This document shows positions 12,749-23,028 of a stretch of DNA of 64,000 nt, one piece after another. The notes under the pieces were generated by a model. The model was not told the DNA's origin, did not search any database, and saw nothing but the letters and a program-made list of their open reading frames with translations. A program made the position numbers and the translations under genes. Every line of letters starts with the position of its first letter. The first letter of the stretch is position 1. Source of the DNA: Pseudomonadaceae bacterium (GTDB lineage: Bacteria; Pseudomonadota; Gammaproteobacteria; Pseudomonadales; Pseudomonadaceae); assembly GCA_033838285.1 (NCBI GenBank), contig JAJLLC010000059.1, positions 42,995 through 106,994 of the forward strand. The letters are read 5' to 3'.

Positions 12749-15070
12749 TCAGTCGTCGACGCGGAAGGTCACCCGCGCCGTCGCCCCGCTGCGGTCCAGC
12801 AGGCTGAGCTGGTAGAGGCCGGTCGCCGTCAGCCTCTGCTCGAGGCTCTCGCCCGGCCGGCTCTCGCCCACCGGCGCGCCATTGAGGAACCACCAGCGCG
12901 TGCCGCTGCCGCCCAGGGCCGAGAGGTTCAGGCGCAGCGGCCCGGCATTGCCGGCCGGGCGCCGCAGGCGATCGCCCTCGCGCACCCCGACTATCGACAG
13001 CGGCGCCGCCGGCGGCGGCAAGGCCGGCGGACACTCGGCGGACAGCGCCGGCAGGCGCGCGGCGCGCCGTTCTCGGCGCGGCAGCCAGGGCTCCAGCGGC
13101 GCCGGCCACAGGGCCAGCTGCACCTCGCGCGCGCCCGCGCAGCCCGCCGCCACCCGGTGCCCGGCCGCATCCAGCCAGACCCGCTGCAGCAACCCCAGGC
13201 CGAGCGGCTGGTCGAGTGCCGGCAGGGTCGGCGGCACGGTGCCGTCCAGGGTCCAGGCGAAGCGCTGGCGCCGACAGTTGCCATCGTCGCGCGCCAGCTC
13301 CTGGCCCAGCGGCCAGCAGATGGCGGCCACGCCGACGCTGGCCGGCACCTCCTGCGGCGGCGGCACCAGGCCGCGCTGGAGGTCGCGGTTGACCAGCAGA
13401 TCGTGCACCTGCAGCAGCAGCGGCGCGGCCGAGGCCAGGCCGAACTGGCCAGGCACCGGCGTGCCGTCCGGGCGACCTATCCATACGCCGATCAGCTGGC
13501 GCGGGCCGACGCCGATGGCCCAGGCGTCGCGGAAGCCGTAGCTGGTACCGGTCTTCCAGGCCAGCACGGGGCGCTGCACCAGCTCGGCACGCGGGTCGCG
13601 ATCCGGCCGCGCCTGGCCGGCGAGGATGCGCCGCACGATCCAGGCCGCGCCGGGCGACAGCAGGCGCCGCTCGTGCAGCGCTTCCTGCGGCTGTAGGCGT
13701 GGCCGCGCGGCCACCCCGCCACGGGCAAAGGCGCTGTAGCCGGCCAGCAGTTCCTCCAGACGGCTGCCGGCGCCACCGAGGATCAGTGCCAGGTTTGGCT
13801 CGGCGCCGGCCGGCAGCGCCAGCGGCACCCCGGCGCCGCGCAGCTCGCCGGCGAAACGCTTGGGCCCGTAGGCCTCCAGCAGCTGCACGGCGGGCAGGTT
13901 GAGCGAGGTGGCGAGGGCCTCGCTGGCCGACACCGGGCCGATGAAGCCGGCGGCGAAGTTGCCCGGACGATAGTCACCGTAGCGCCGCGGCACGTCCTGC
14001 AGCAGCGACTCGGAATGGATCAGCCCGGCGTCCAGGGCCAGGCCGTAGAGGAAGGGCTTGAGGGTCGAGCCGGGCGAGCGCTGGGCGCGGATCATGTCGA
14101 CATGGCCGTAGCGCTTGTCGTCGCCGACATCCAGCGAGCCGAGGTAGGCGCGCACCGCCATGCTCTCGCTGTCGACCACCAGGATGGCCGCCGAGGTGCG
14201 TTCCGGCAGGCGCGCGCGCCAGCCCAGCAGCAGGTCTTCCAGGCGCCGCTGCAGATGGGCGTCGATGGTGGTGCGAATCAGCGGCGGGCTGCCCGCCAGG
14301 TTCAGCCGCCGCGCCAGCAGCGGCGCCAGGCTGGGTTCCTGGCGCGGCGCCAGCAGCACCGGCTCCTGCAGCGCCTCCTCCACCGCCGCCTGCGGCCACA
14401 CCGAAAACTGCGCCAGGCGCCGCAACACCTTGTCGCGCGCGGCCTGGGCGCGCTCGGGGTGGCGGTCCGGGCGCAGCCGGCTGGGCGCCTGCGGCAGCAC
14501 GGCGAGCAGCGCCGCCTCGGCGCGGGTCAGCTGGCTCGGCGGCTTGCCCAGGTAGGCCCAGCTGGCCGCCGCCACCCCCTGCAGGGTGCCGCCGAAGGGC
14601 GCGCGGTTGAGGTAGAGGGCGAGGATCTCGTCCTTGGACAGGTGCCACTCCAGCTGCAGGGTGCGCCACAGCTGCTTGAACTTGCCGGCGAGGCTGCGCT
14701 GGTGCGGGTCGAGCAGGCGCGCCACCTGCATCGACAGGGTACTGCCGCCGGACACCACGCGCCCGCCGGACAGGTTCTGCCAGGCGGCGCGGCCCAGCGC
14801 CAGCGGGTTGACCCCGGGGTGGACGTGGAACCAGCGGTCCTCGTAGGTCAGCAGCGCCTCAAGGTAGTAGGGCGAGACTTCGCCCGGGGCCACCGGGTAG
14901 CGCCACACACCCTCGGCATCGGCGAAGCGCCACAGCGGCGTGCCGTCCTCGGCCAGCACCACGCGGGCCAGGCCGTCCTCGGGCAGCGGCAACGGAAACA
15001 GCCGGTCGGCCAGCCACAGCAGGGCCAGCGGCAGACCGAGCAAAGCCAGGGTCCGGCGCCAGCGCCTCAT
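12749..15070 (-). CDS. pbpC: Penicillin-binding protein 1C
   Basis: Transglycosylase EDRWF/GGSTLSMQVAR; transpeptidase SxxK (STLK), SLN, KTG; near alpha-2-macroglobulin. Start approximate. Confidence 0.92.
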   Translation of the reverse strand: MRRWRRTLALLGLPLALLWLADRLFPLPLPEDGLARVVLAEDGTPLWRFADAEGVWRYPVAPGEVSPYYLEALLTYEDRWFHVHPGVNPLALGRAAWQNLSGGRVVSGGSTLSMQVARLLDPHQRSLAGKFKQLWRTLQLEWHLSKDEILALYLNRAPFGGTLQGVAAASWAYLGKPPSQLTRAEAALLAVLPQAPSRLRPDRHPERAQAARDKVLRRLAQFSVWPQAAVEEALQEPVLLAPRQEPSLAPLLARRLNLAGSPPLIRTTIDAHLQRRLEDLLLGWRARLPERTSAAILVVDSESMAVRAYLGSLDVGDDKRYGHVDMIRAQRSPGSTLKPFLYGLALDAGLIHSESLLQDVPRRYGDYRPGNFAAGFIGPVSASEALATSLNLPAVQLLEAYGPKRFAGELRGAGVPLALPAGAEPNLALILGGAGSRLEELLAGYSAFARGGVAARPRLQPQEALHERRLLSPGAAWIVRRILAGQARPDRDPRAELVQRPVLAWKTGTSYGFRDAWAIGVGPRQLIGVWIGRPDGTPVPGQFGLASAAPLLLQVHDLLVNRDLQRGLVPPPQEVPASVGVAAICWPLGQELARDDGNCRRQRFAWTLDGTVPPTLPALDQPLGLGLLQRVWLDAAGHRVAAGCAGAREVQLALWPAPLEPWLPRRERRAARLPALSAECPPALPPPAAPLSIVGVREGDRLRRPAGNAGPLRLNLSALGGSGTRWWFLNGAPVGESRPGESLEQRLTATGLYQLSLLDRSGATARVTFRVDD

Positions 15071-15150
15071 CGCCGGCTCTCGCTGCGCGCGGGGGAGCGG
15101 CTGTGGCATGCTGCGCGGCAACGCTCATCGGTACTGCGGATATCCATACC

Positions 15151-15441
15151 TTGATCCAAGACTTCTTCGAGTGGCTAGGCCACGCCCTAGGCACCCTGAT
15201 CCGTTTCATCGTCGAAGCCCTGAGCGGCTTCTTCGGCCTGTTCGGCGACATCGGCCGCAGCTTCCTCAACGGTCTGGCCTCGGCCCTGGGCACCGACGTC
15301 GGCCTGCTCAGCATAGTGGCCATGCTCTGCGGCCTGCTGCTGCTCTACGCCGCGGTACGCGCCGGCCTGCGCAAGGCCTTCGTACGCATGGTGGTCTATG
15401 GGCTGCTGGGGTTGTGGTTGCTGAGTTTGATTGTGAGTTGA
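15151..15441 (+). CDS. Small hypothetical membrane protein
   Basis: Amphipathic N-terminus plus hydrophobic C-terminal helices, host-like codon usage; TTG start inferred. Confidence 0.65.
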   Translation: MIQDFFEWLGHALGTLIRFIVEALSGFFGLFGDIGRSFLNGLASALGTDVGLLSIVAMLCGLLLLYAAVRAGLRKAFVRMVVYGLLGLWLLSLIVS

Positions 15442-15896
15442 GGCTCTCCCCTCTCCCCCAGCCCCACTCCCACAAGTGGGCGAGGGGTGACGCCAAGCCA
15501 TACAACCCGCACATTCTGCCCCCTCTCCCGTTCACGGGAGAGGGCTGGGGCGGCCCGCGTAGGGAGAGGGTCGACTTCCAGACGAATTCGCTCCAACACC
15601 GCCTCCATCTCTGCCAGCACCTGATGATTCCAGAAGCGCAGTATCCGGTACCCCCGCGCGACCAGATATTCATCCCGCTCGTGATCCTGCTCGACCTGCT
15701 CCATATGCTGTCCGCCGTCCAGCTCGATCACCAGAAACTGCTCCAGGCAAACGAAGTCGACTATGTAGCGGCCGATGGGCTTCTGTCGCTTGAACTTGAG
15801 TCCCATGAAGCGCTGGGCGCGTAGCTGATACCAGAGCCGTGCCTCGGCGTCGGTCATATGGGTTCGCAGCGACCTGGCGTTTTCCCTCAGCCCCAT
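15396..15896 (-). CDS. DUF559 / YcjD-like (Vsr-related) putative endonuclease, C-terminus reading through flanking repeats
   Basis: AR.LR..MTDAE..LW..LR, KFKRQ.PIG.YIVDF.C, VIELDGGQH, D.ERD.YL...GY.ILRFWN. Confidence 0.9.
   Translation of the reverse strand: MGLRENARSLRTHMTDAEARLWYQLRAQRFMGLKFKRQKPIGRYIVDFVCLEQFLVIELDGGQHMEQVEQDHERDEYLVARGYRILRFWNHQVLAEMEAVLERIRLEVDPLPTRAAPALSRERERGQNVRVVWLGVTPRPLVGVGLGERGEPQLTIKLSNHNPSSP
15448..15570. repeat. BoxC-like doublet at the 3' flank of the DUF559 gene (second unit has a 14-bp insert)
   Basis: CCCCTCTCCCCCAGCCCCACTCCCACAAGTGGGCGAGGGG ... CCCCTCTCCCGTTCACGGGAGAGGGCTG[GGGCGGCCCGCGTA]GGGAGAGGG. Confidence 0.9.
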
Positions 15897-15918
15897 GGGA
15901 GCCCCCTTGCTCCTGTTA

Positions 15919-16026
15919 CCCTCTCCCCCGGCCCCTCTCCCACGAGTGGGAGAGGGGTGACTCCGCCCTCACCTCTCCCTACGGCCAGTCCCCTCTCCCG
16001 TTCACGGGAGAGGGTTAGGGAGAGGG
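15919..16026. repeat. BoxC-like doublet at the 5' flank of the DUF559 gene
   Basis: CCCTCTCCCCCGGCCCCTCTCCCACGAGTGGGAGAGGGG ... CCCCTCTCCCGTTCACGGGAGAGGGTTAGGGAGAGGG; direct repeat of the 15448-15570 doublet. Confidence 0.9.
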
Positions 16027-16032
16027 CGTAAC

Positions 16033-19000
16033 TCAGCGCCCCTTCACCACCAACCGCTCCGGCGCAGCCCCCACGGCATTCCACGCCGGTCGGTACATCG
16101 ATTCCACCTGCGGCGGCGGTACCCGGTAGCTGCCGGGGGTGACGGCGCGGGCCAGGTACAGCAGGTGGGTGGTGCCATAGCCGTTGACGGCGACGGCGGC
16201 GACGAAACGGTCGTCGCGGAACTCCTGGTGCTTGATCGCGGCGTTCTGCATCGCCTTCTGCCATTCCTTCACCGCGCTGCTGGCATCGCTCAGGCTGGCG
16301 GCGCTCTGCGCCAGGTTCTGGTTCTCCAGCTCCAGGCCGGCCGGCAGCAGGTCCACCACCAGGGCGTCGGGCACCCGCTCCTCGGCGCGCACCGCCAGGT
16401 GCACCAGCACCAGCTGGCCGCTGGCCAGGTTGCCTAGATCCAGCGGGCGGCCGTCCAGGCCATAGTAACCGCGCTCGATACTGAGGTTGTTGCCACGCGG
16501 CTGCGGCGCCTGGGTCGGGTAACCGGAAATGGTCAGCTGCTGGTACAGCTTGCCGGTGAAGTCCGAGCTCAGGCTCAGGGGTTCTACCAGGCTGGCGCCC
16601 TCCAGCTTGAGCGCCGGGTCGGCGTTGCTCAGCCCGCGCTGCTGGTCGCCGGCCTGCAGGCTGGCGCTCCAGTCACGCTCGGGCTGCTTGATCTGGCCGC
16701 GGCCGGCGAGGAACAGGGCATTGCGCTCCTGGGTCGACAGGTAGCGCTGCAGAGCACGCTCCTCGGCCAGCTGGAACAGCAGCTGGTCGCGGCTGGAGGC
16801 GGCCAGGTCGTTCTCCTCCAGCAGGGCCAGGATCAGGGCCTGGTCGCGCAACGGGCTGCCGTAGTCGGCCAGCCACTCCCGGCGCTGGCGGCCGAGGCCC
16901 AGGCCGAGGGCCAGGGCCTCGTCGGCGCGCGGTTTGTCGCCCATCTTCTGCAGGGCCACGGCCAGCTGCACCAGCGGCAGGCCGGACCTGGCATCCCCTC
17001 GCCGCTCGTACAGCGCGCGCAGGCTGCCCAGCGGCGCCTGCTGGCTGCGCGCCAGCACCAGGCCGGCGTAGGCCTGCACGGCGAAGCGAGTGTGGTCGAG
17101 GTTGTCGCTGTAGCCGGCGTCGATCAGCTGGCGGTCCTGCAGGTAGCGCAGCAGCCGCCCACTGGCCTTCTCCAGGGCCTCCGGCGGCACGGCGAAGCCC
17201 TGCTCGCGGGCGCGCAGGAGGAAGTCGGTGACATAGGCGGTCAGCCAGTGTTCCTCGTCGGCGTCCGCGCCCCACAGGCCGAAACTGCCGTTGTAGCGCT
17301 GCATGCCGAGCAGGCGCTCGATGCCGATCTCGATGGAACGGCGCCGCTGCTCCTCCGGCTCGCCTTCCAGGCCGAGCTTCTTCAGCGTCGCCGAATCGGC
17401 GTAGAGCGAGGGGTACAGGCCGCTGGTGGTCTGTTCCAGGCAGCCGTAGGGGTAGGCTTTGAGCGCCTGGATCTGCTCGGCCAGGTTCAGCGGCGGGCGG
17501 CTGGAGACGCTAAGCAGCGCCTCGCGCCCGGCCGGCTCGAAGGCCGCCAGGGTGCCGGCCGGCAGCTGCCAGCTGTCGCCCTGCAGCACGCCGCGCAGGT
17601 GTTGTTGCTGCGCCGGCCAGGCCGAGCGCACGCCGATGCGCCACTCGCGGGCGAAGGCCGGCAGGTTCTCGTCCGGCAGGCTCAGGCCATTGACCCTGAC
17701 CCGCACTATGCCGGCGCCATAGCCGCCGGCGGCGCGCACCGGGATGCGCAGGGTGCTGCGCTGGGCCTGCTCGAGCTGCAGCGGCGCGCTGTAGCCGGAA
17801 GGCGTCTCGGCCAGGCTCAGCTGGCCCTCGGCCTCGACCTGCACCTCGAGCTGCTGCGCGGCGCCGGACAGGTTGGTCAGGTCCAGGGCCAGGCTGGTCT
17901 CGTCGCCACCGGCGAGGAAGCGCGGCGCCGACAGCTCGGCCACCAGCGGCGCGGCCACCACCGTCTTGCCCTCGCCCATGCCGTAGCGCTCGTCGCTCCA
18001 GGCCTGGGCCATCAGGCGCAGCTCGCCATTGAAGTCGGGGATGTCCAGGCTGACGTCGCCTTCGCCCTGGGCGTTCAGTTCGATCGGCACGCTCTGCAAC
18101 GCGACTATGGTGACGCTGGTGTCCGGACGCTTGCCGCCCTTGGCCAGCGCCGCGTCGCCGCCGAAGGCCAGCTTGGCCAGGCGACCCTGGCCGGCCTCGA
18201 TCAGCTGGCCGTAGACGTCGAGCTGGTCGACACCGTAGGCCTTGCGGCCGAACAGTTCGGCGAAGGGGTCGGGGGTCTGGTATTCGGTGATGTTGAGGAT
18301 GCCGACGTCCACCGCCGCCACCAGCACCTTGACCTTCTGCGCCGGGCTGCCGTCGGCATTCTTCGCCTGCACCCGCACCTTCAGCGGCTGCTGCGGACGC
18401 ATCTTCTCCGGCGCGTTCAGGCTGACCTCGAGCTTGCGCGGCGCGCGGTCGAACGGCAGGTGCAGCAGGCCCACGGCGCGCTTGGGCGTGGCCCCGGCCT
18501 TGCGCTCGCCGGGACGGATGACCAGGGCGCTGACGTACAGGTCATGCCGCGCCCACTCCTCGGCCAGGGGGATATCGAAGCGCTGGCCCTCGGCCGGCAC
18601 CTCGATCTCCTGCCACCACAGCGGGCCATCGCTGGACTCGACCATCAGGTAGCCGCTGCCGGCCGCCGGTGGCGTGACCGTCACCTGGGCCGTGTCGCCG
18701 GCGCCATAGGCCGGCTTGTCCAGCGCCAGCTTGACCTGATCCGGGCGCACCGCGCCGCCCTCGGCGTTGTCCTGCCAGGAGTAGCCGGCCCAGAAGCGCA
18801 GGCTGCTCATGATGCCGGTCACCGGGTCGGTGACCTCGACCCGGTAGGGGCCCCACTCCACCGGGAAGCTGACCTTGGCGGTGCCGCCGGCGGCGACCCT
18901 GAGGCTCTCCTCGCCGAGGTTGAGGAACTTCTCGTTGTAGTGATAGTTCCAGCCGTCGTTCTCCGAGAAGCTCCAGTAGTAGTCGCGGCGCTCGCGGATC

Positions 19001-20937
19001 AGGCGCACCCGCAGCTCGTCGCTGGCCAGCTTGTTGCCGACGGCGTCGGCCAGCAGCACCTCGAACTCGGCCAGGCCGTCGCCGTCCACCTCGTCTCCGT
19101 CGAACAGCGTGCGCACCCCCGGCAGGCGCTCGGCCGGCCACACCGACTGCACCAGGCGGCGGGTGATCGGGCGGCCGCCGGATTCCTGCAGGCTGGCCTG
19201 GAGGATCAGCTGCAGCGGCGAGCGGGCCTCGCTCCAGCGGTTCTCCACCGCGAGCGTGGCCTTGCCCTGGGCGTCCAGGGTGGTCTCCTCCAGCTCCAGG
19301 TCCTGGCTCAGCTCCTCCTCGGTGACCGAGCCGAACTGGTAGCCGGGCAGCGCCTTGACCGCCTCGCGCAGCGGACGCACGTAGAGCTGGCCGCCGAGGC
19401 GGTTGCCTGAGGCCGGCGCGCCATAGAGGTAGCGGCCCTCGACCGCGAAACGCGCCTCGTCGCTCGGCGCCAGGGGCCTGTCGCTGCCCTTAAGCTCCAG
19501 GGCCAGGCGTTCGGGGAGGAAATCCTCGACCAGGAACTCGTAGACCTGGCGGCGGCCACCGCCGAAGTCGAACAGCAGTTGCCAGCGCCCGGTCGGCGCC
19601 TCGCCGGCCAGTTGCAGCTTGTATTGGTAGAGGCCGCCCGCGCCGGGCTCCCAGACGAACTTGCGGCTGACCTGCTCGTCCGGCCGGCGCACCTCCACGT
19701 TGACCGGCTGCGGCTGCACCGCGCGGCCGTCGGCGTCGCGCAGCAGGGCGTTGAGCAGCACCAGCTCGCCCGGGCGATACAGGTCGCGCGGGCCGAACAC
19801 GAAGAACTGCAGCGGGTTGGCCACCGCGCCGGCGATGTCGAACTCGGCCAGGTCCAGGGCCGGGCTGCCGAGGTTGAGCAGGCTGGTCTGCTCGCCCTGG
19901 CGCGCCAGCACCAGGCTGGCCTTGTCCGGCAGGGGTAGCTCGGCGTGGCCGGCGGCGTCGGTCTTGGCGCTGGCCAGCACCTGGCCCTTGTCGCCGAGCA
20001 GTTCGACTTCCACGCCCTCCAGGGCCTTGCCGCCTTCCAGGGCCTGGGCGAAGGCATCCAGGCGGCCGTGGTAGCGGTGCACGGACAGGCCGATGTCGCT
20101 GAGGGTGAACAGGGTCGCCGGCTGCTGGTAGTTGTAGGTGCCGGCCTGGCGCATCACCGCCAGGTACACCCCCGGCTGCTGCAGCGGCTCCAGGCCGGCG
20201 ATCGGCAGTAGCAGAGTCTCGCGCACGTTGCGCGCCGGGTTCAGCTCGAAGCGCCCGCCATACACCAGCTCGGCCATCGGCAGCAGCTCGCGCGCCTCCC
20301 AGGTGTCCAGGTTGGCCCCGCGCCCCCAGTGGGCGAGGAAAGTCGGCAGCGCCTCCTGGCGGATACGGAAGAATTCGACGTTGACCTGGTCGACGTTCAG
20401 CGCGATCACCGGCAGGCCCTCGGCCAGGCGGGTCGGCAGCAGCGAGCCGCGGCTGGCGAAGCCGACCGTGGGCTGCAGGTCGCGGGTCGCGATCTCGGCG
20501 TTGAACTCGGCGGCCAGCTCGCTGCCGTTGATCGCGCGCAGGCCGCGATCCACCGTGAGCGCCAGCTTGCGCTTGGGCGGCAGGTGGCGCAGGCGCAGCT
20601 CCATCAGGTTGGCGGACAGCTCCCAGGCGCCGTCGACCTTGCCGCTCTTCTTGTCCACCAGGTGCAGTTTCGCGGCGAAGTCCTGCTCGGGGTCGAGCGG
20701 CACGCTGAAGCTCACCGCCAGGGTACTGGCGCCGTCCAGCTGGATTTCCGAGGCGTCGGCCACGCTCAGCTCGCGGCCGGCGTAGCGCTTGGCCAGCGCC
20801 GCCTGGTCCAGCGCCGGCCGGGGCTGGGTCTGCTCGGTGGTGGGTTTGCCGGCGACAGGCGCACCGTCCGGGGTGGAGGAATCGCAGCCGCCCAGCAGGG
20901 CGAGCGCGAGGGCCAGAAACAATCCGTTGCTACGCAT
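16033..20937 (-). CDS. Bacterial alpha-2-macroglobulin lipoprotein (thioester-containing, YfhM-like)
   Basis: Lipobox LGGC, RDLYRPGE, YPYGCLEQ thioester motif, VESMYRP C-terminus. Confidence 0.95.
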   Translation of the reverse strand: MRSNGLFLALALALLGGCDSSTPDGAPVAGKPTTEQTQPRPALDQAALAKRYAGRELSVADASEIQLDGASTLAVSFSVPLDPEQDFAAKLHLVDKKSGKVDGAWELSANLMELRLRHLPPKRKLALTVDRGLRAINGSELAAEFNAEIATRDLQPTVGFASRGSLLPTRLAEGLPVIALNVDQVNVEFFRIRQEALPTFLAHWGRGANLDTWEARELLPMAELVYGGRFELNPARNVRETLLLPIAGLEPLQQPGVYLAVMRQAGTYNYQQPATLFTLSDIGLSVHRYHGRLDAFAQALEGGKALEGVEVELLGDKGQVLASAKTDAAGHAELPLPDKASLVLARQGEQTSLLNLGSPALDLAEFDIAGAVANPLQFFVFGPRDLYRPGELVLLNALLRDADGRAVQPQPVNVEVRRPDEQVSRKFVWEPGAGGLYQYKLQLAGEAPTGRWQLLFDFGGGRRQVYEFLVEDFLPERLALELKGSDRPLAPSDEARFAVEGRYLYGAPASGNRLGGQLYVRPLREAVKALPGYQFGSVTEEELSQDLELEETTLDAQGKATLAVENRWSEARSPLQLILQASLQESGGRPITRRLVQSVWPAERLPGVRTLFDGDEVDGDGLAEFEVLLADAVGNKLASDELRVRLIRERRDYYWSFSENDGWNYHYNEKFLNLGEESLRVAAGGTAKVSFPVEWGPYRVEVTDPVTGIMSSLRFWAGYSWQDNAEGGAVRPDQVKLALDKPAYGAGDTAQVTVTPPAAGSGYLMVESSDGPLWWQEIEVPAEGQRFDIPLAEEWARHDLYVSALVIRPGERKAGATPKRAVGLLHLPFDRAPRKLEVSLNAPEKMRPQQPLKVRVQAKNADGSPAQKVKVLVAAVDVGILNITEYQTPDPFAELFGRKAYGVDQLDVYGQLIEAGQGRLAKLAFGGDAALAKGGKRPDTSVTIVALQSVPIELNAQGEGDVSLDIPDFNGELRLMAQAWSDERYGMGEGKTVVAAPLVAELSAPRFLAGGDETSLALDLTNLSGAAQQLEVQVEAEGQLSLAETPSGYSAPLQLEQAQRSTLRIPVRAAGGYGAGIVRVRVNGLSLPDENLPAFAREWRIGVRSAWPAQQQHLRGVLQGDSWQLPAGTLAAFEPAGREALLSVSSRPPLNLAEQIQALKAYPYGCLEQTTSGLYPSLYADSATLKKLGLEGEPEEQRRRSIEIGIERLLGMQRYNGSFGLWGADADEEHWLTAYVTDFLLRAREQGFAVPPEALEKASGRLLRYLQDRQLIDAGYSDNLDHTRFAVQAYAGLVLARSQQAPLGSLRALYERRGDARSGLPLVQLAVALQKMGDKPRADEALALGLGLGRQRREWLADYGSPLRDQALILALLEENDLAASSRDQLLFQLAEERALQRYLSTQERNALFLAGRGQIKQPERDWSASLQAGDQQRGLSNADPALKLEGASLVEPLSLSSDFTGKLYQQLTISGYPTQAPQPRGNNLSIERGYYGLDGRPLDLGNLASGQLVLVHLAVRAEERVPDALVVDLLPAGLELENQNLAQSAASLSDASSAVKEWQKAMQNAAIKHQEFRDDRFVAAVAVNGYGTTHLLYLARAVTPGSYRVPPPQVESMYRPAWNAVGAAPERLVVKGR

Positions 20938-21015
20938 GGCGGGCCTCAATACAGGTGATCCGAGGCCCAGCACTATAGCCGAGAGCGCGCGGCGTTTCCG
21001 GCAGGATGCCTCAGC

Positions 21016-22944
21016 TCAGAGACGGAAACGCCCCATCTGCGCGCCGAGCGCTTCGGCCAGCCCCTGGAGGCTCTGGCAGTAGTCGCGGCACAGCGTCACC
21101 TCGCTGGCGGTGGAGTGGGCCAGGTCGGCGATGCCCTGCACGTTGCGGTTGATCTCCTCGGTCACCGAACTCTGTTCCTCGGTGGCGGTGGCCACCTGCT
21201 GGTTCATGTCGCTGAGACGCTCGACCCGATCGGCGATGGACTCCAGGGCGCGGCCGGTACCCTCGCTGGCCTCGACGCCGACGCCGGTTGCGCTCTGCCC
21301 GGCCTGCATGGAGCTGACCGCCGCCTCGGCGCCCTGCTTGAGACGCAGGATCATCTGCTGGATTTCGTCGGTGGAATTCTGCGTGCGGCTGGCCAGGGTG
21401 CGCACCTCGTCGGCCACCACGGCGAAGCCGCGGCCCTGCTCGCCGGCGCGCGCCGCCTCGATGGCGGCGTTGAGAGCCAGCAGGTTGGTCTGCTCGGCGA
21501 TGCCGCGGATCACCGCCAGCACCTGGTCGATGGAGGCCACCTGGGCGGCCAGCTCGCCGACCGCCTCGGCCGCCGTGCCTATCTCGCCGGACATGCGCTG
21601 GATATGCGCGATCGAACCGCTGACCTGGGTGCGTGCGCCGGCCGCCTCGTCGCGCGCGCTCTGCGACACCTCGGCGGCGGAACCGGCGTTGCGCGCGATC
21701 TCCTGTACGGTCAGGCCCATCTCGTGCACGGCGGTGGCCACCAGGTCGGTCATCTCCTGCTGCTGGCCGGAGCGTTCCACGGTGTTCTCCACCACCCGGC
21801 TGACCTGCAGCACCGAGTCGCGCAGGCGCTCGCTGGTGGCCAGCACCTCGCCGATCAGCTGGCGCTGCCCTTCGAGGAAGCGGTTGAAGCCGCGCGCCAG
21901 GTCGCCCAGCTCGTCGGCACGGGACTCGTCCAGGCGGCGGGTCAGATCGCCGCCACCGCCGCCGATCTCCACCAGCGCGGCGGTCACCCGCTGGATCGGC
22001 CGCACCAGGCCGCGGGCCAGCAGCACCACCAGGCCCAGGCAGGCCAGCAGCACGGCGGCGCCGATCAGGGCGCTGGTCAGCAGGGCCTGGCGCGCCTCGC
22101 CATAGACCTGCGCCTCGGGAATCTCGGCGACCAGTTGCCAGTCGATCGACTTCAGCGGCAGCGCCATGGCCAGGTAGCCCTCGCCATCGCGCTGGAAACT
22201 CAGGCTCTTGCCGGCCTCGCCCATCAGCTGGCGGGCCTGTGCCTCGCCGACCAGCTGCCCCAGGCTGCTCTGGTCGCTGAGCTGGGCGTCCGGGTGGACC
22301 TTGACCTTGCCCTGGGCGTCGACCAGGTAGACTCGCCCCGCCTCGCCGAGGCGGAAGCCGCGGATCAGGTCGCTCATGGCGCCCAGGCCGAGGCCCAGGC
22401 CGCCGACGCCGAGCGTCTTGCCATCGGCCTCGATGCGCTGGTTGATGAACAGGGTCGGCACCTTGGTCGAGTCGTCTATGTCGATGTCCAGCGAGCGCTG
22501 CTTGCCGCTGTCGACGAAACCGTAGAACCAGGCCGAGTCCGGGCCGCGCGTCAGGGTGCGTTCGAGGCCCTTCTCGGTCAGGTAGTGGCCGGACTCCAGG
22601 GCCACGATGAAGGTGCTCAGGGTACCGCCGGCGGCCTTCTCGCGCTGCAGGTAGCGCTGCATCTCGGGCAGCCGCGCCGGGTCCTCACCGCTGGCCAGCC
22701 AGTCGGCCACCAGGCTGTTGCCGGCGATACCGCGCGCCTGCTCCAGCGGCGTGGCCAGCACCCGCTCGAGGTCGTTGCGCACCGCCTCGACCCGCGCCGG
22801 CAGCTCACCGCGGACCAGGTACTGCTCCACCTGGCGGTTGGCCACGCCCGAGTAGATGAAGATCACGATCAGCACACTCACCAGCAGGGCCGCGCCCATG
22901 CTGAGAATCAACTGCCAGCGGATACTGCGTTGCCAGAACTGCAT
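21016..22944 (-). CDS. Methyl-accepting chemotaxis protein (Cache-type sensor)
   Basis: Two TM, Cache-like WFY..F and G.VYLVD..G...VHP segments, HAMP, MCP signalling motif. Confidence 0.92.
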   Translation of the reverse strand: MQFWQRSIRWQLILSMGAALLVSVLIVIFIYSGVANRQVEQYLVRGELPARVEAVRNDLERVLATPLEQARGIAGNSLVADWLASGEDPARLPEMQRYLQREKAAGGTLSTFIVALESGHYLTEKGLERTLTRGPDSAWFYGFVDSGKQRSLDIDIDDSTKVPTLFINQRIEADGKTLGVGGLGLGLGAMSDLIRGFRLGEAGRVYLVDAQGKVKVHPDAQLSDQSSLGQLVGEAQARQLMGEAGKSLSFQRDGEGYLAMALPLKSIDWQLVAEIPEAQVYGEARQALLTSALIGAAVLLACLGLVVLLARGLVRPIQRVTAALVEIGGGGGDLTRRLDESRADELGDLARGFNRFLEGQRQLIGEVLATSERLRDSVLQVSRVVENTVERSGQQQEMTDLVATAVHEMGLTVQEIARNAGSAAEVSQSARDEAAGARTQVSGSIAHIQRMSGEIGTAAEAVGELAAQVASIDQVLAVIRGIAEQTNLLALNAAIEAARAGEQGRGFAVVADEVRTLASRTQNSTDEIQQMILRLKQGAEAAVSSMQAGQSATGVGVEASEGTGRALESIADRVERLSDMNQQVATATEEQSSVTEEINRNVQGIADLAHSTASEVTLCRDYCQSLQGLAEALGAQMGRFRL

Positions 22945-23000
22945 GCCCCCACCTCGCCTCGATCAGGTCCCGGGCGAGCCAGGCGCCGCCCCATCCCCGA

Positions 23001-23028
23001 ATATCGGCCGTCGGCCGGATTATCTTGA
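23001..23028 (-). promoter_or_regulatory. Putative sigma28 (FliA) promoter of the chemoreceptor gene
   Basis: Minus strand TCAAG-N15-GCCGATAT, about 57 bp upstream of the MCP start. Confidence 0.6.

Noticed and set aside
15448-16026. Repeat-spacer-like pattern beside a nuclease as a possible CRISPR array
   Set aside because: Units alternate in orientation, are few and irregularly spaced, and no cas genes are present.
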